Below are positions 32,686 through 41,366 of a stretch of DNA of 48,378 nt, piece by piece. The DNA comes from Candidatus Amesbacteria bacterium GW2011_GWA1_47_20 (GTDB lineage Bacteria > Patescibacteriota > Microgenomatia > CAZETR01 > Amesbacteraceae). The number at the start of each line of letters is the position of its first letter. The first letter of the stretch is position 1. The stretch lies in the NCBI GenBank assembly GCA_001002405.1, contig LCOA01000012.1, positions 1 to 48,378 on the forward strand, given 5' to 3'. The notes below the pieces were generated by a model. That model had not been told where the DNA came from. It saw only the letters and a program-made list of their open reading frames with translations, and made no database searches. Made by a program: the position numbers and the translations under genes.

Positions 32686-33628
32686 ATCAAGTGCTAATCA
32701 GGAAAAAAATCTTGTGCTCATCCTCGATGGAAATTCGGTTTTGCACCGGGCGTATTATGCGCTGCCGGATTGGAGAAATAGATCCGGTGAGGCAACGGCG
32801 GGGGTGTATGGGTTTTTGAGCATGATGCTCAAAGCCTTGGAAGAGTTGAAACCCACGCATTTGGCTGTAGTGTTTGATCATCCGTCGCCTACTTTTAGAC
32901 ATACGATGTATGTGGGGTATCAGACCAATCGGGAAAAAGAAAGGCAAGTATCGGAAGATATTTGGGGACAGATTGAGAAGTTGAAGGTTGTGTTGGAGAA
33001 GATGGGAATCCTGGTATATCAGGTGGCAGGATTTGAAGCCGACGATGTGATCGGAACGATCAGTGCTCAGATAAAAGATAAAAGTGCTCAGGTAATTATT
33101 ATTACTGGAGATCGGGATTTGATGCAATTAGTGGATAAGAGAATTAAACTATATATGCCCATTAAAGGATTGTCTGATACTGTAATTGTGGATGAAGACA
33201 AGGTAATGGAGAGAATGGGGGTACACCCGAAACAAATAATTGATTACAAAGCGCTGGTGGGGGACAGTAGTGATAATTATCCCGGGGTAGCTGGGATTGG
33301 ACCTAAAACTGCAACTGCCTTGTTAGCAGAATATGGGACATTTGAAAAAATATATGAATTTATAAAAATCTCACCCCGGACCCCTCTCCTTAATTCAGGA
33401 GAGGGGGTGATGAAGAAACTTATTGATGGGTATGAAGGAGGAGAACTTTCGAAAAGATTGGCGACGATCAGGACTGACGCGCCAGTGAGTTATGACAGCG
33501 CGCAGTGCACAGCCCCCAGCCCGCAAAAGTTGACCGAAGTATTACAGGAATTGGGGTATAAAAGTTTAATTAAAAGAATGGGGGGAAAAGCTGATGAGAG
33601 TAGCTCTCGTCCACGATTATTTGAATGA
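32678..33628 (+). CDS. 5'-3' exonuclease (Pol I N-terminal / FEN-like)
   Basis: LILDGNSVLHRAYYAL, GFEADDVIGT and SDNYPGVAGIGPKTA. Confidence 0.9.
   Translation: MVKSSANQEKNLVLILDGNSVLHRAYYALPDWRNRSGEATAGVYGFLSMMLKALEELKPTHLAVVFDHPSPTFRHTMYVGYQTNREKERQVSEDIWGQIEKLKVVLEKMGILVYQVAGFEADDVIGTISAQIKDKSAQVIIITGDRDLMQLVDKRIKLYMPIKGLSDTVIVDEDKVMERMGVHPKQIIDYKALVGDSSDNYPGVAGIGPKTATALLAEYGTFEKIYEFIKISPRTPLLNSGEGVMKKLIDGYEGGELSKRLATIRTDAPVSYDSAQCTAPSPQKLTEVLQELGYKSLIKRMGGKADESSSRPRLFE
33371..33410. repeat. palindromic in-frame insert (TCACCCC..CCCCTCTCC-loop-GGAGAGGGG), copy 1
   Basis: Encodes SPRTPLLNSGEGV within the exonuclease. Confidence 0.75.
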
Positions 33629-34605
33629 GTACGGAGGGGCAGAAAGAGTGTTGGAAGCTCTGGCTGAAATGTGGCCGGAAGCGCCGATTTACACCGCATT
33701 TGCCGTGCCGAATTCTTCGGCAGTAAAAGCGTTTGGGGGCAAAAAAATTATCACTTCTTGGTTTCAAAACATTCCGCTTTACAATAAACTGTATAGCCCG
33801 CTGAGGTTTTTTATCCCATGGATTTGGGAAAGCTTTAATTTATCTGAATATGATTTGGTAATTACATCAGCCAGTTGGTACATAACTAAGGGTTTGGGTA
33901 AAAAAGAAATTTGCTATTGCCATACGCCACCTCGATGGTTGTATGGATATGAAACTTCAATTGCTTGGAAAAAATACTGGCCAGTGAGAATATATGCGAC
34001 TATTGTAGGCCATTTCTTACGCATGTATGATTTTTCCCAAGCCCAAAAAGTGGGGGTGTTTGTAGCTAATTCAAAAAATGTGATATCCACCGGTGGAGAT
34101 GCCAAGAGTGACTGCCAAGAAAGAAGGTTATTATTTGATAGTAAGCAGGCTAGTTGGGGGAAAGGGGATTGAGATGGCTATAGTCGCGGCGAAGAAATAC
34201 GGGTTTAAATTGAAGATTGCCGGAGAGTTTGCGGGATGGAAAAAAATAAAGGAGGTAGAAACTTTGGGGAGAGTAACTGAAGAAGAGAAAGCAAAATTGA
34301 TGACCGAAGCCAAAGGATTTTTGGTGTTGGAGAGGGATGTTGATTTTGGAATTACTCCTGTGGAGGCGCAGATGTGCGGAACTCCAGTGATTGCTTTTAA
34401 TGGGGGAGGATATAGGGAATCTGTAATTGATGGCAAAACCGGAGTGTTGTTTGATGACTACTCTGTAGAGGGGTTGGGAGAGGCGATAAAAAGGTTTGAA
34501 AATTTGAAATTTGATGCTCGAAATTTGAAAAGACATGCCCAAAAGTTTTCCAAAAAAGTTTTTCAAGATAAAATGAAAAAACTATGCCAGAGCTACCTGA
34601 AATAG
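33594..34605 (+). pseudogene. GT4-family glycosyltransferase split by an internal deletion and frameshift
   Basis: ORFs 33594..34172 and 34093..34605. ...FVANSKNV joins directly to (I)YPPVEMPRV in another frame. The family-typical ~14-aa segment between them is missing. Confidence 0.65.
34495..34529. repeat. heptamer array (ATTTGAA-like x5, one degenerate unit) in the GT4 3' coding region
   Basis: Encodes FENLKFDARNLK. Confidence 0.7.
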
Positions 34606-35381
34606 AAACAGTAAAATTGCAGTTGAGGAAGGTGTTGATTGGCCAGAAGCTTTTGGAGAGCAAATTCCCTCAATTGGCGGGGAAGAAAGTGGTGGGGATT
34701 GAACGGAAAGGGAAAGTGCTGCTGATTAATTTTGGGCCGGGGCTGGATTTGGGGTTTCATTTCAAGATGACTGGCCAGCTAATTTACGAGGCTCAGGGAA
34801 AGAGAATTGTGGGAGGACATCCCACGGAGGATTTTGTGAATAAGATGCCAAGTAAGCATACCAGAGCAGTGTTCCACCTCTCAGGTGGAACACTGTATTT
34901 TAATGATCAAAGAATGTTTGGGTGGATAATGCTGAACCCTAAGTTTGTGGACAAACTGGGACCGGAGCCATTCGAGTTGTCAGTTGATCAGTTTATCAGT
35001 TTAATCAGTAAACGGAAAAAACCAATAAAACTGGTGTTGATGGATCAAGAGATTATTTCCGGAGTAGGGAACATCTACGCAAACGACGCCTGTTGGGAGG
35101 CGAAAGTGAACCCGCGGCGGCTGGCAAACACTCTGACGGCTAAGCAATACCACGACCTGTACATCGGGGTGGTCAGGGTGCTTAGGGAGGGGATTAAGTA
35201 TGGCGGAGCGACGGCGGTGGACGCCAAATACATAGATCTGCACGGACTGGGTGGGCATTATCAGGAGCATTTCAGGGTATATGATCGGGAAGGAGAGATG
35301 TGTCACCGCGGAGATGGAATAATTCATCGATTTGAGTTAGGGGGCAGGGGAACGTATTATTGTCCCAAATGTCAGGTCTAA
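34584..35381 (+). CDS. mutM: formamidopyrimidine-DNA glycosylase
   Basis: MPELPEIE N-terminus, GNIYANDA, and the C-terminal CxxC...CxxC zinc finger. Confidence 0.9.
   Translation: MPELPEIETVKLQLRKVLIGQKLLESKFPQLAGKKVVGIERKGKVLLINFGPGLDLGFHFKMTGQLIYEAQGKRIVGGHPTEDFVNKMPSKHTRAVFHLSGGTLYFNDQRMFGWIMLNPKFVDKLGPEPFELSVDQFISLISKRKKPIKLVLMDQEIISGVGNIYANDACWEAKVNPRRLANTLTAKQYHDLYIGVVRVLREGIKYGGATAVDAKYIDLHGLGGHYQEHFRVYDREGEMCHRGDGIIHRFELGGRGTYYCPKCQV
34869..34893. repeat. GTGTTCCACCT-CTC-AGGTGGAACAC palindrome inside the fpg coding sequence (copy e)
   Basis: 11-bp arms. Encodes VFHLSGGTL. Confidence 0.85.
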
Positions 35382-36367
35382 CAAAAATCCATTTACAGAA
35401 CTTTAGAAGTTATGAGAAGAGGAGTTTCTCGTTTGGGGAGAAAACGGTAATTGTGGGGGAGAATGGGAGCGGGAAGAGTAATTTGATGGAAGCCGTGTAT
35501 ATGTTGGCGACGGGAAAAAGTTTTAGGGCTGACCGCGAGGATGAAATGCTTAAGTATGGAGAAGGCTTTTTTCGGGTAATAGGACAAATACGACAGATGG
35601 GACAAATAGGACAAATGGAAATAACGATGGCTGATGCTAGAAAGAGATTTTTGATAAACGGAGTGCCGAGGAGACAGATTGATTTTGTGGGAAAAATGCG
35701 GGCGGTGCTGTTTTGCCCGCAGGATATGGAATTGGTAACGGGAAGCCCCGGTGGGCGAAGGAGGTATTTAGACTTCGTAATTTCCCAAATGGACAGGGAA
35801 TATAGGAGGTGTCTGATTTCTTACGAGAAAGGCTTGCGACAGAGAAACAAATTACTAGAAATGATTAGAGAAGGACTGGCGCAAAGAAGCCAATTGTTTT
35901 TTTGGGATAAGCTGCTGATTAAAAACGGGGAATATATTACCCTGAAGAGAGGAGAGTATTTAGAGGGGTTGGCCGAATATGACAAAAGTGTAATTAGTGA
36001 GGCGAGGTTAAAACAATATGAAGTGGAAGAGGTGGCGGCGGCGGCAACACTAGTAGGACCACACAGGGACGACTTTGTCGTCAATATAGACGGGCGGGAT
36101 GTGAGTAAATATGGGAGCAGGGGAGAGCAGAGAATGGCGGTTTTAGGACTAAAAGAAAAAGAGATAGAGTATTTGTTCTTCGACTCCGCTCAGGATTCGC
36201 AACAACCATTGTTGTTGCTCGATGATATCCTTTCGGAGTTGGATCACAAACACAGGGATGAAGTACAAAAAATGGTGAAGGATTACCCTGGGCAAGTGAT
36301 TATGACGACTGTTGACGATTTGCTGCCTCCTGGGGTTGGGGAGCTGGACGTGATTCGATTGGTGTAA
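35369..36367 (+). CDS. recF: DNA replication and repair protein RecF
   Basis: LQNFRSY and GENGSGKSNLMEA Walker A, plus the C-terminal LLLLDDILSELD. Confidence 0.85.
   Translation: MSGLTKIHLQNFRSYEKRSFSFGEKTVIVGENGSGKSNLMEAVYMLATGKSFRADREDEMLKYGEGFFRVIGQIRQMGQIGQMEITMADARKRFLINGVPRRQIDFVGKMRAVLFCPQDMELVTGSPGGRRRYLDFVISQMDREYRRCLISYEKGLRQRNKLLEMIREGLAQRSQLFFWDKLLIKNGEYITLKRGEYLEGLAEYDKSVISEARLKQYEVEEVAAAATLVGPHRDDFVVNIDGRDVSKYGSRGEQRMAVLGLKEKEIEYLFFDSAQDSQQPLLLLDDILSELDHKHRDEVQKMVKDYPGQVIMTTVDDLLPPGVGELDVIRLV
35577..35625. repeat. 9-nt array (AAATAGGAC-like x5) inside recF
   Basis: Encodes IGQIRQMGQIGQME. Confidence 0.8.
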
Positions 36368-36561
36368 ATACAGCGGGGATCTCATGTTGAGATGAAAAGC
36401 CCCCCTTTGGATTTGAACCGTGACTCTCTTGCCATCCCTCGGGTCTGTTTCCAAGTAGGGTTCTTCCGCGCTCCATACCGGGGTTATTGTGATGCTTGCT
36501 GTGGGCTAGGTCAAGAGTTGCATTTACCGCATATTCTCCGTAAAATCTCCGTAAAGGGTAT

Positions 36562-37615
36562 ATGTACGTCCCCAAATATACTATTACGACCTCGGTTTTG
36601 AAGAATATTGGCCTGGTGGAGGCGGCCAAGGAGGTCATAGAAAACGCCCCTTTGGTGCCAGCTTGGGAAGCTAAGTTTAGGGGAGAAGCCAGGCTAAAGG
36701 CGGCGCATTATGGAACGGCGCTGGAAGGCAACGACCTGACGTTTAACGAGGCCAAAGCGGTGATGGAAGGACGGGAGAGTGAGGTGGTGGCTCGGGAGCG
36801 GGATGTGCAGGAAGTAATTAACTACCGAAGCGTCTTGGACTTTATAGAGGGACTTAAAGACGTTAATAACTACACTAAGGATTTGTTACTACAAATGCAT
36901 GGTTTGGTGGTAGAAAAACTGGTAGCTCGGGAGCAAACAGGACAATACCGGTCCAGCCAGGTGGTCTTGAAGAATTCAGTAACGGGGGAGATTGGATTTA
37001 GACCTCCCCAGGCGGCAGAAGTGCCTTTTCTGGTGGATGAACTACTGCGCTGGTTGAATGGGGAATATGGGAAAAAAGAACACCCAGTGTTGCGGGCCGG
37101 GGTGACACATTATGTGCTGGCGGCGGTGCACCCGTTTATAGAAGGGAATGGCCGAACGGCTCGGGCGCTGGCTACTTTAGTGCTATTTAATGAGGGGTAT
37201 GATATCAAACGCTTTTTTGCCCTAGAGGAATATTTTGACAAACACGCGGAGGAGTATTTTGGCAGTCTGATGACTGTGTCCAACCAATCGCCGATGCTGG
37301 AAGACCGAGATCTGACGCCGTGGCTGGAAGTATTTACCCAGGCGCTGGCGATGGAGCTAACACGAATTAAGGAACAAGTAAGAGAACTGTCGGTGGATAT
37401 CAAAATAAAAGAACAGAGAGGAATGCAGGTCAGCCTATCTGAAAGACAAATGAAACTAATGGAGTATTTGCACAGCAATGGAGAAATGAGCCAAGGGGGT
37501 GCTGGCGATGGTTTCGGAAGACACGATTTTGCGAGACCTAAAGGACCTGATGGACAAACAGGTTATTGACAAGCGGGGGAGCACGAAATCTGCTAGATAC
37601 GTGCTGAAAAAATAA
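36562..37615 (+). CDS. Fic family protein with an apparent 1-nt frameshift in a G5 run near the 3' end
   Basis: HPFIEGNGRTARA Fic motif. After 37495-37499 the conserved tail VLAMVSEDTILRDLKDLMDKQVIDKRGSTKSARYVLKK* continues in another frame. It ends at 37615 in a TAATG overlap with the next gene. Confidence 0.75.
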
Positions 37616-37803
37616 TGGCTGCTGATGCGCAAATGTTTTACGTAATGCTGGCACTGCCCACCCTTTTTGGTCTGACCATGGTGGGGGAGGGGGTATACAA
37701 AATGAGTCACTATGAGCCAGGGTGGGTAAGCATCATTCTGGGCACGCTTTTCTTAGTGATAGTGGCATTTGGATATTTTTTGCTAAAAGGATATATGACA
37801 TAG
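37615..37803 (+). CDS. small two-TM membrane protein
   Basis: 62 aa. The start overlaps the restored Fic stop codon. Confidence 0.5.
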   Translation: MAADAQMFYVMLALPTLFGLTMVGEGVYKMSHYEPGWVSIILGTLFLVIVAFGYFLLKGYMT

Positions 37804-37840
37804 GACAAATAGGTCGGATAGGACGGATAGGTCGTATAAT
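37801..37840. repeat. 9-nt array (TAGGACAAA-like x4), intergenic
   Basis: TAGGACAAA TAGGTCGGA TAGGACGGA TAGGTCGTA. Confidence 0.85.
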
Positions 37841-37848
37841 GATGCATT

Positions 37849-37877
37849 GTTCCACTGTTCCACCTAAGAGGTGGAAC
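37849..37877. repeat. GTTCCAC half-site plus the GTTCCACCT-AAG-AGGTGGAAC palindrome (copy d)
   Basis: Read directly from the sequence. Confidence 0.9.
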
Positions 37878-37935
37878 AATCGTTCGTGGTAAGGGGGGTG
37901 TAGCTGAAAATTGTTAAGTGGAGTAAAATCCGGGC

Positions 37936-38823
37936 ATGAGTGTTGAGGGTGAGCAATTTTACAGGGATCTGCGTGGTAGCCGGTCGGACGTTTTGGTTTC
38001 GATGGGAACGGGGGTTTGGGATGTTCTTATACCTCATGGTTCAAAAGTGGATGGTGTAGTATTTGATTTTGGAGAAAGTTATGCTAAGGCAATGATGCAA
38101 TCAAAAATTGGGAGGCCGTCTCTAGACGCGGTTAAGTGGTTATGGTCAGATTTTGGGAGGGATGATATTTGGGGGGTCGGGGGAGTGTTCTATTATTATG
38201 ATCATCCAGCAGGGTCGGTTGCTGCAATAAAAAAGGTGCAGCGAGTAATTGTTCCTATCGGTTTTTCTTGCACTGGGGGTTTCAATGGGTGGGTTGAGGA
38301 TCACAGATTGGAGCTTGAGAAGAGATGGAACTTGGGGACAGTGGCGTTTGGTGTGAACGGAATGATGTATTCAGAAAATGACATACCGACTGGGGTTCCG
38401 CATGATAATGGGTCACACGGCACGATGATTTTTTGGGATACCGAAGTGACCAATAACTTAGTGTTGAGAAATCCGAGCGACAAATTTTTGGTGTTTAGTG
38501 ACATCGATACAAAAGTTGATGATGCGTTATTGGCAAAAGCAGGATTGGAAATCGGATCACCATTTTTGGTGGCCGAAACAAGGAGGGGTTATCATTTGAT
38601 TTTTCCAGTTTTATTTGTTGGTGGCTATCAGAGGGATCGTTTGGCTAGAGTCGAAGGGAGAATAATGATTGGATTGACGCGTGCGGGTATAGGTATGGAT
38701 GTTTCTAACGCTGGTCATATTTTGGAGACTAATGAATCTGTAATTAGAGTGACATCAGGATTACGTAGAGACGATACGCCGTCAATTGTGGGTGTAGTGT
38801 GGGGTGATCAAATGCTAAGATAA
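37936..38823 (+). CDS. hypothetical protein with primase-polymerase (AEP)-like motifs in its C-terminal half
   Basis: LVFSDIDTK (DxD), ETRRGYHLIF (sGxH-like), GMDVSN and VIRVTSGLR, in AEP order and spacing. It ends 4 nt before the ligase gene. Confidence 0.4.
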   Translation: MSVEGEQFYRDLRGSRSDVLVSMGTGVWDVLIPHGSKVDGVVFDFGESYAKAMMQSKIGRPSLDAVKWLWSDFGRDDIWGVGGVFYYYDHPAGSVAAIKKVQRVIVPIGFSCTGGFNGWVEDHRLELEKRWNLGTVAFGVNGMMYSENDIPTGVPHDNGSHGTMIFWDTEVTNNLVLRNPSDKFLVFSDIDTKVDDALLAKAGLEIGSPFLVAETRRGYHLIFPVLFVGGYQRDRLARVEGRIMIGLTRAGIGMDVSNAGHILETNESVIRVTSGLRRDDTPSIVGVVWGDQMLR

Positions 38824-38827
38824 AAGC

Positions 38828-40507
38828 ATGAAGTTTGGTGAGCTGGCGAAGTATTTGCAGAAGCTGGAGGGGACGGCGAGCAGGAATGAGATGACGGTGA
38901 TTTTGGCTAAACTCTTTGGAGAAGCGAGTCCCGAAGATGCCAGATTGATTGCATATCTGTCTGCTGGAAGATTGGGACCTGCGTATAATTCACCTGATAC
39001 GGGAGTGGCGGACAAGATGATGGTTAAGGCTTTGGGACCAGAGGCGGAAAAACTATTTAAACAAAAGGGAGATATGGGGTTGGTGGCCCAAGAACTAAAC
39101 ACAGGGAAAGGAAGTTTGTCCGTGGAGGAGGTGCACGAGAGACTGCTCTCTATAGCTAGAGATAGCGGAACAGGAAGCCAAGAGAGAAAACAAGAACTGA
39201 TAAGGAAATTATTGAGTGAGTTAGATGCGGTGAGTGCTAAGTATGTGGTGAAGATAATTTTGGGGAAATTGCGGACGGGATTTTCGGATATGACAGTGCT
39301 GGACAGTTTGAGCTGGATGCTGGCGGGAGATAAGAGTAAGAGAAAGGAGATAGAGAAAATATATAACGTGAGAGCGGATTTGGGAGAGGTGGCGAAGACG
39401 ATTAAGACATATAGGACGAATAGGACACATAGGACATATGGACCGGAAGTGGGGACGCCGATACTTATGGCTCGAGCAGAAAGGGCCAAGACACCACAAG
39501 ATATTTGGGAACGGAATGGCAAATGCGCTGTGGAATATAAATTAGATGGGTTACGCATTCAAGCCCACCTGAAAGGTGGGATTGTGACACTCTTTTCCAG
39601 AGGGATGGAGGATGTGACCCATATGTACCCCGATATTTGCGAAGGATTAACAAAACAACTCAAGAATAATTGTATTGTGGAGGGGGAGATGATTGCGGTG
39701 GGAAGTAACGGAAGATTTTTGCCTTTTCAGGAAACGGTACAACGCAAAAGAAAATACGATATTGCGGCCATGGCGATGAAAGTGCCGCTGAAAATTTACT
39801 TGTTCGACGTGCTGCTTCTCAATAGGACAAATATGACTAATAGGACAAATAAGGAGAGGCGGGAAGCGTTGGAAGAACTGGTGAAACCTGGGGAGGTGGT
39901 GAAACTCATGCCGAGGATTGAGATAGAGACAGAGATAGAGATAGAGAAGTATTTTAAAGAGGCGGTGGGGGATGGGACGGAGGGGATAATTGCTAAGAAA
40001 CTGGATGGGCCGTATCAAGCAGGAGCCAGAGATTTTAATTGGATAAAATACAAAAAGAGTTACACTAAATCGGCTTTGGCTGATACTATTGACGCGGTGG
40101 TGATGGGGTATGACGTGGGCCAAGGAAAACGGGCGAGTTTTGGAATAGGAGATTTTTTGATTGGGGTATACGAATCTGACCTAGATAGTTTTGTGACAGT
40201 TGCGAAAGTTGGCACGGGGTTAACGGACCAAGAATGGAGAGAGATGAAACTCAAATGTCAAATGTCAAATGTCAAATCAAAACCGGAAAACTACAATGTC
40301 AAAAAGGAAATGAACTGTGACCACTGGGTGGGGCCGAAGATTGTGGTGGAGATATTGGCTGATGAGATTACCAAGTCTCCGATGCACACTAGTGGTTATG
40401 CATTGAGGTTTCCCAGGCTGGTGACGTTTCGAGAAAAGAAGCCCCAAGACGCTACTACTGTTCAAGAGCTTTTAAACATGTTTAAATTACAACAGGAGAG
40501 TAGGTGA
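38828..40507 (+). CDS. lig: ATP-dependent DNA ligase (Lig1/archaeal type with an N-terminal DNA-binding domain)
   Basis: EYKLDGLRIQAH (KxDG adenylation site), EGEMIA, EGIIAK and the OB-domain blocks. Confidence 0.9.
   Translation: MKFGELAKYLQKLEGTASRNEMTVILAKLFGEASPEDARLIAYLSAGRLGPAYNSPDTGVADKMMVKALGPEAEKLFKQKGDMGLVAQELNTGKGSLSVEEVHERLLSIARDSGTGSQERKQELIRKLLSELDAVSAKYVVKIILGKLRTGFSDMTVLDSLSWMLAGDKSKRKEIEKIYNVRADLGEVAKTIKTYRTNRTHRTYGPEVGTPILMARAERAKTPQDIWERNGKCAVEYKLDGLRIQAHLKGGIVTLFSRGMEDVTHMYPDICEGLTKQLKNNCIVEGEMIAVGSNGRFLPFQETVQRKRKYDIAAMAMKVPLKIYLFDVLLLNRTNMTNRTNKERREALEELVKPGEVVKLMPRIEIETEIEIEKYFKEAVGDGTEGIIAKKLDGPYQAGARDFNWIKYKKSYTKSALADTIDAVVMGYDVGQGKRASFGIGDFLIGVYESDLDSFVTVAKVGTGLTDQEWREMKLKCQMSNVKSKPENYNVKKEMNCDHWVGPKIVVEILADEITKSPMHTSGYALRFPRLVTFREKKPQDATTVQELLNMFKLQQESR
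39407..39445. repeat. 9-nt array (ATAGGACNN x4) inside the ligase gene
   Basis: Encodes YRTNRTHRTYGP. Confidence 0.85.
39821..39853. repeat. 9-nt array (ATAGGACAA-like x4) inside the ligase gene
   Basis: Encodes NRTNMTNRTNK. Confidence 0.8.
40250..40277. repeat. heptamer array (CTCAAAT x1, then GTCAAAT x3) inside the ligase gene
   Basis: Encodes KLKCQMSNVK. Confidence 0.85.
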
Positions 40508-40512
40508 TACTA

Positions 40513-40854
40513 ATGGCAGCAAAAAATACATTTTCTACAAACTTGTCTCCAAATCTGGCTTCGGCCTTGTGCTACGTGCCAGTGGTAGGGTTTGTGGCAG
40601 CGATCGTGCTTTTGATTATTGAGAAAAATTCTACGGTGCGATGGAACGCGATGCAGTCACTCATCTTAGGGCTGTCCACGATAGTAGTGGATATGATTTT
40701 AGGAGCAACTTTGATCTTGGCTTTGGCCATCCCGCTAGTAAACGTGGCGGTATTGGTCATCTCTTTGGTATTGGCGGTTAAGTCTTACCAGGGAGAGACA
40801 GTCAAGCTTCCTGTACTGGGAGCATGGGCAGACAAGATAATAAAGAAAGTTTAG
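40513..40854 (+). CDS. DUF4870-like small membrane protein
   Basis: LASALCYVPVVGFVAAIVLLIIEK and three TM segments. Confidence 0.6.
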   Translation: MAAKNTFSTNLSPNLASALCYVPVVGFVAAIVLLIIEKNSTVRWNAMQSLILGLSTIVVDMILGATLILALAIPLVNVAVLVISLVLAVKSYQGETVKLPVLGAWADKIIKKV

Positions 40855-41357
40855 TCCGGGCGGCCATGGAGGCGGTGGACCGGGCGGCTTTTGTGGCGGA
40901 TGAGTGGAAGTGGGCGGCGGGTGAAGACCGGCCGCTGCCGATTGGTTTTGGGCAAACAGTGAGCCAGCCGTATACGGTGGCCCGGATGTTGGAGCTGTTG
41001 GGCCAAGGCGAGAAAGTATTGGAGGTGGGAACGGGGAGTGGATGGCAGACTGCTGTCTTGGCTCGACTTTTTAAGCAAGTTTATTCAATAGAAAAGATAC
41101 CGGAATTGGCAAAGAGGGCGAGAATTAAGATTTATGAATTAGGAATTAAGAACGTGAGGATTAAAATTGGGGACGGGAAGAAAGGGTGGGATAAATATGC
41201 TCTGTACGATGGGATAATTGTGGCGGCTGACGCGCAGGAGATTCCGCCTAAGCTTCTGGAACAGTTGGCGGATGGGGGGAGAATGGTGATTCCGGTTAGA
41301 GGGGAGATGCTGAAAATTGAAAAGCATGGGAATTTCGTTTTCGTGCCGCTGGTGTAA
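40824..41357 (+). CDS. pcm: protein-L-isoaspartate O-methyltransferase (short form)
   Basis: GQTVSQPYTVARMLELL and VLEVGTGSGWQTAVLA. Confidence 0.85.
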   Translation: MGRQDNKESLVRAAMEAVDRAAFVADEWKWAAGEDRPLPIGFGQTVSQPYTVARMLELLGQGEKVLEVGTGSGWQTAVLARLFKQVYSIEKIPELAKRARIKIYELGIKNVRIKIGDGKKGWDKYALYDGIIVAADAQEIPPKLLEQLADGGRMVIPVRGEMLKIEKHGNFVFVPLV

Positions 41358-41366
41358 AATGTGATT

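Noticed and set aside
34086-34097. TCCACCGGTGGA palindrome at the GT4 deletion junction considered as an excision footprint of the GTTCCACCT element
   Set aside because: It is simply the codons for the conserved YPPVE motif of GT4 enzymes. The similarity covers 6-nt arms only.
34869-34893. The palindrome inside fpg considered as an inserted element
   Set aside because: The encoded VFHLSGGTLYFND aligns without a gap to the conserved Fpg segment (E. coli VDLVMSNGKVLRYTD region), so no extra sequence is present. It is kept only as a member of the palindrome family count.
36368-36561. A complete tRNA, SRP RNA or RNase P RNA in the recF-Fic spacer
   Set aside because: Only a T-loop and acceptor 3' fragment is tRNA-like. 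No full cloverleaf, SRP GGAA/AGCA domain IV motif or RNase P P4 signature could be assembled by eye.
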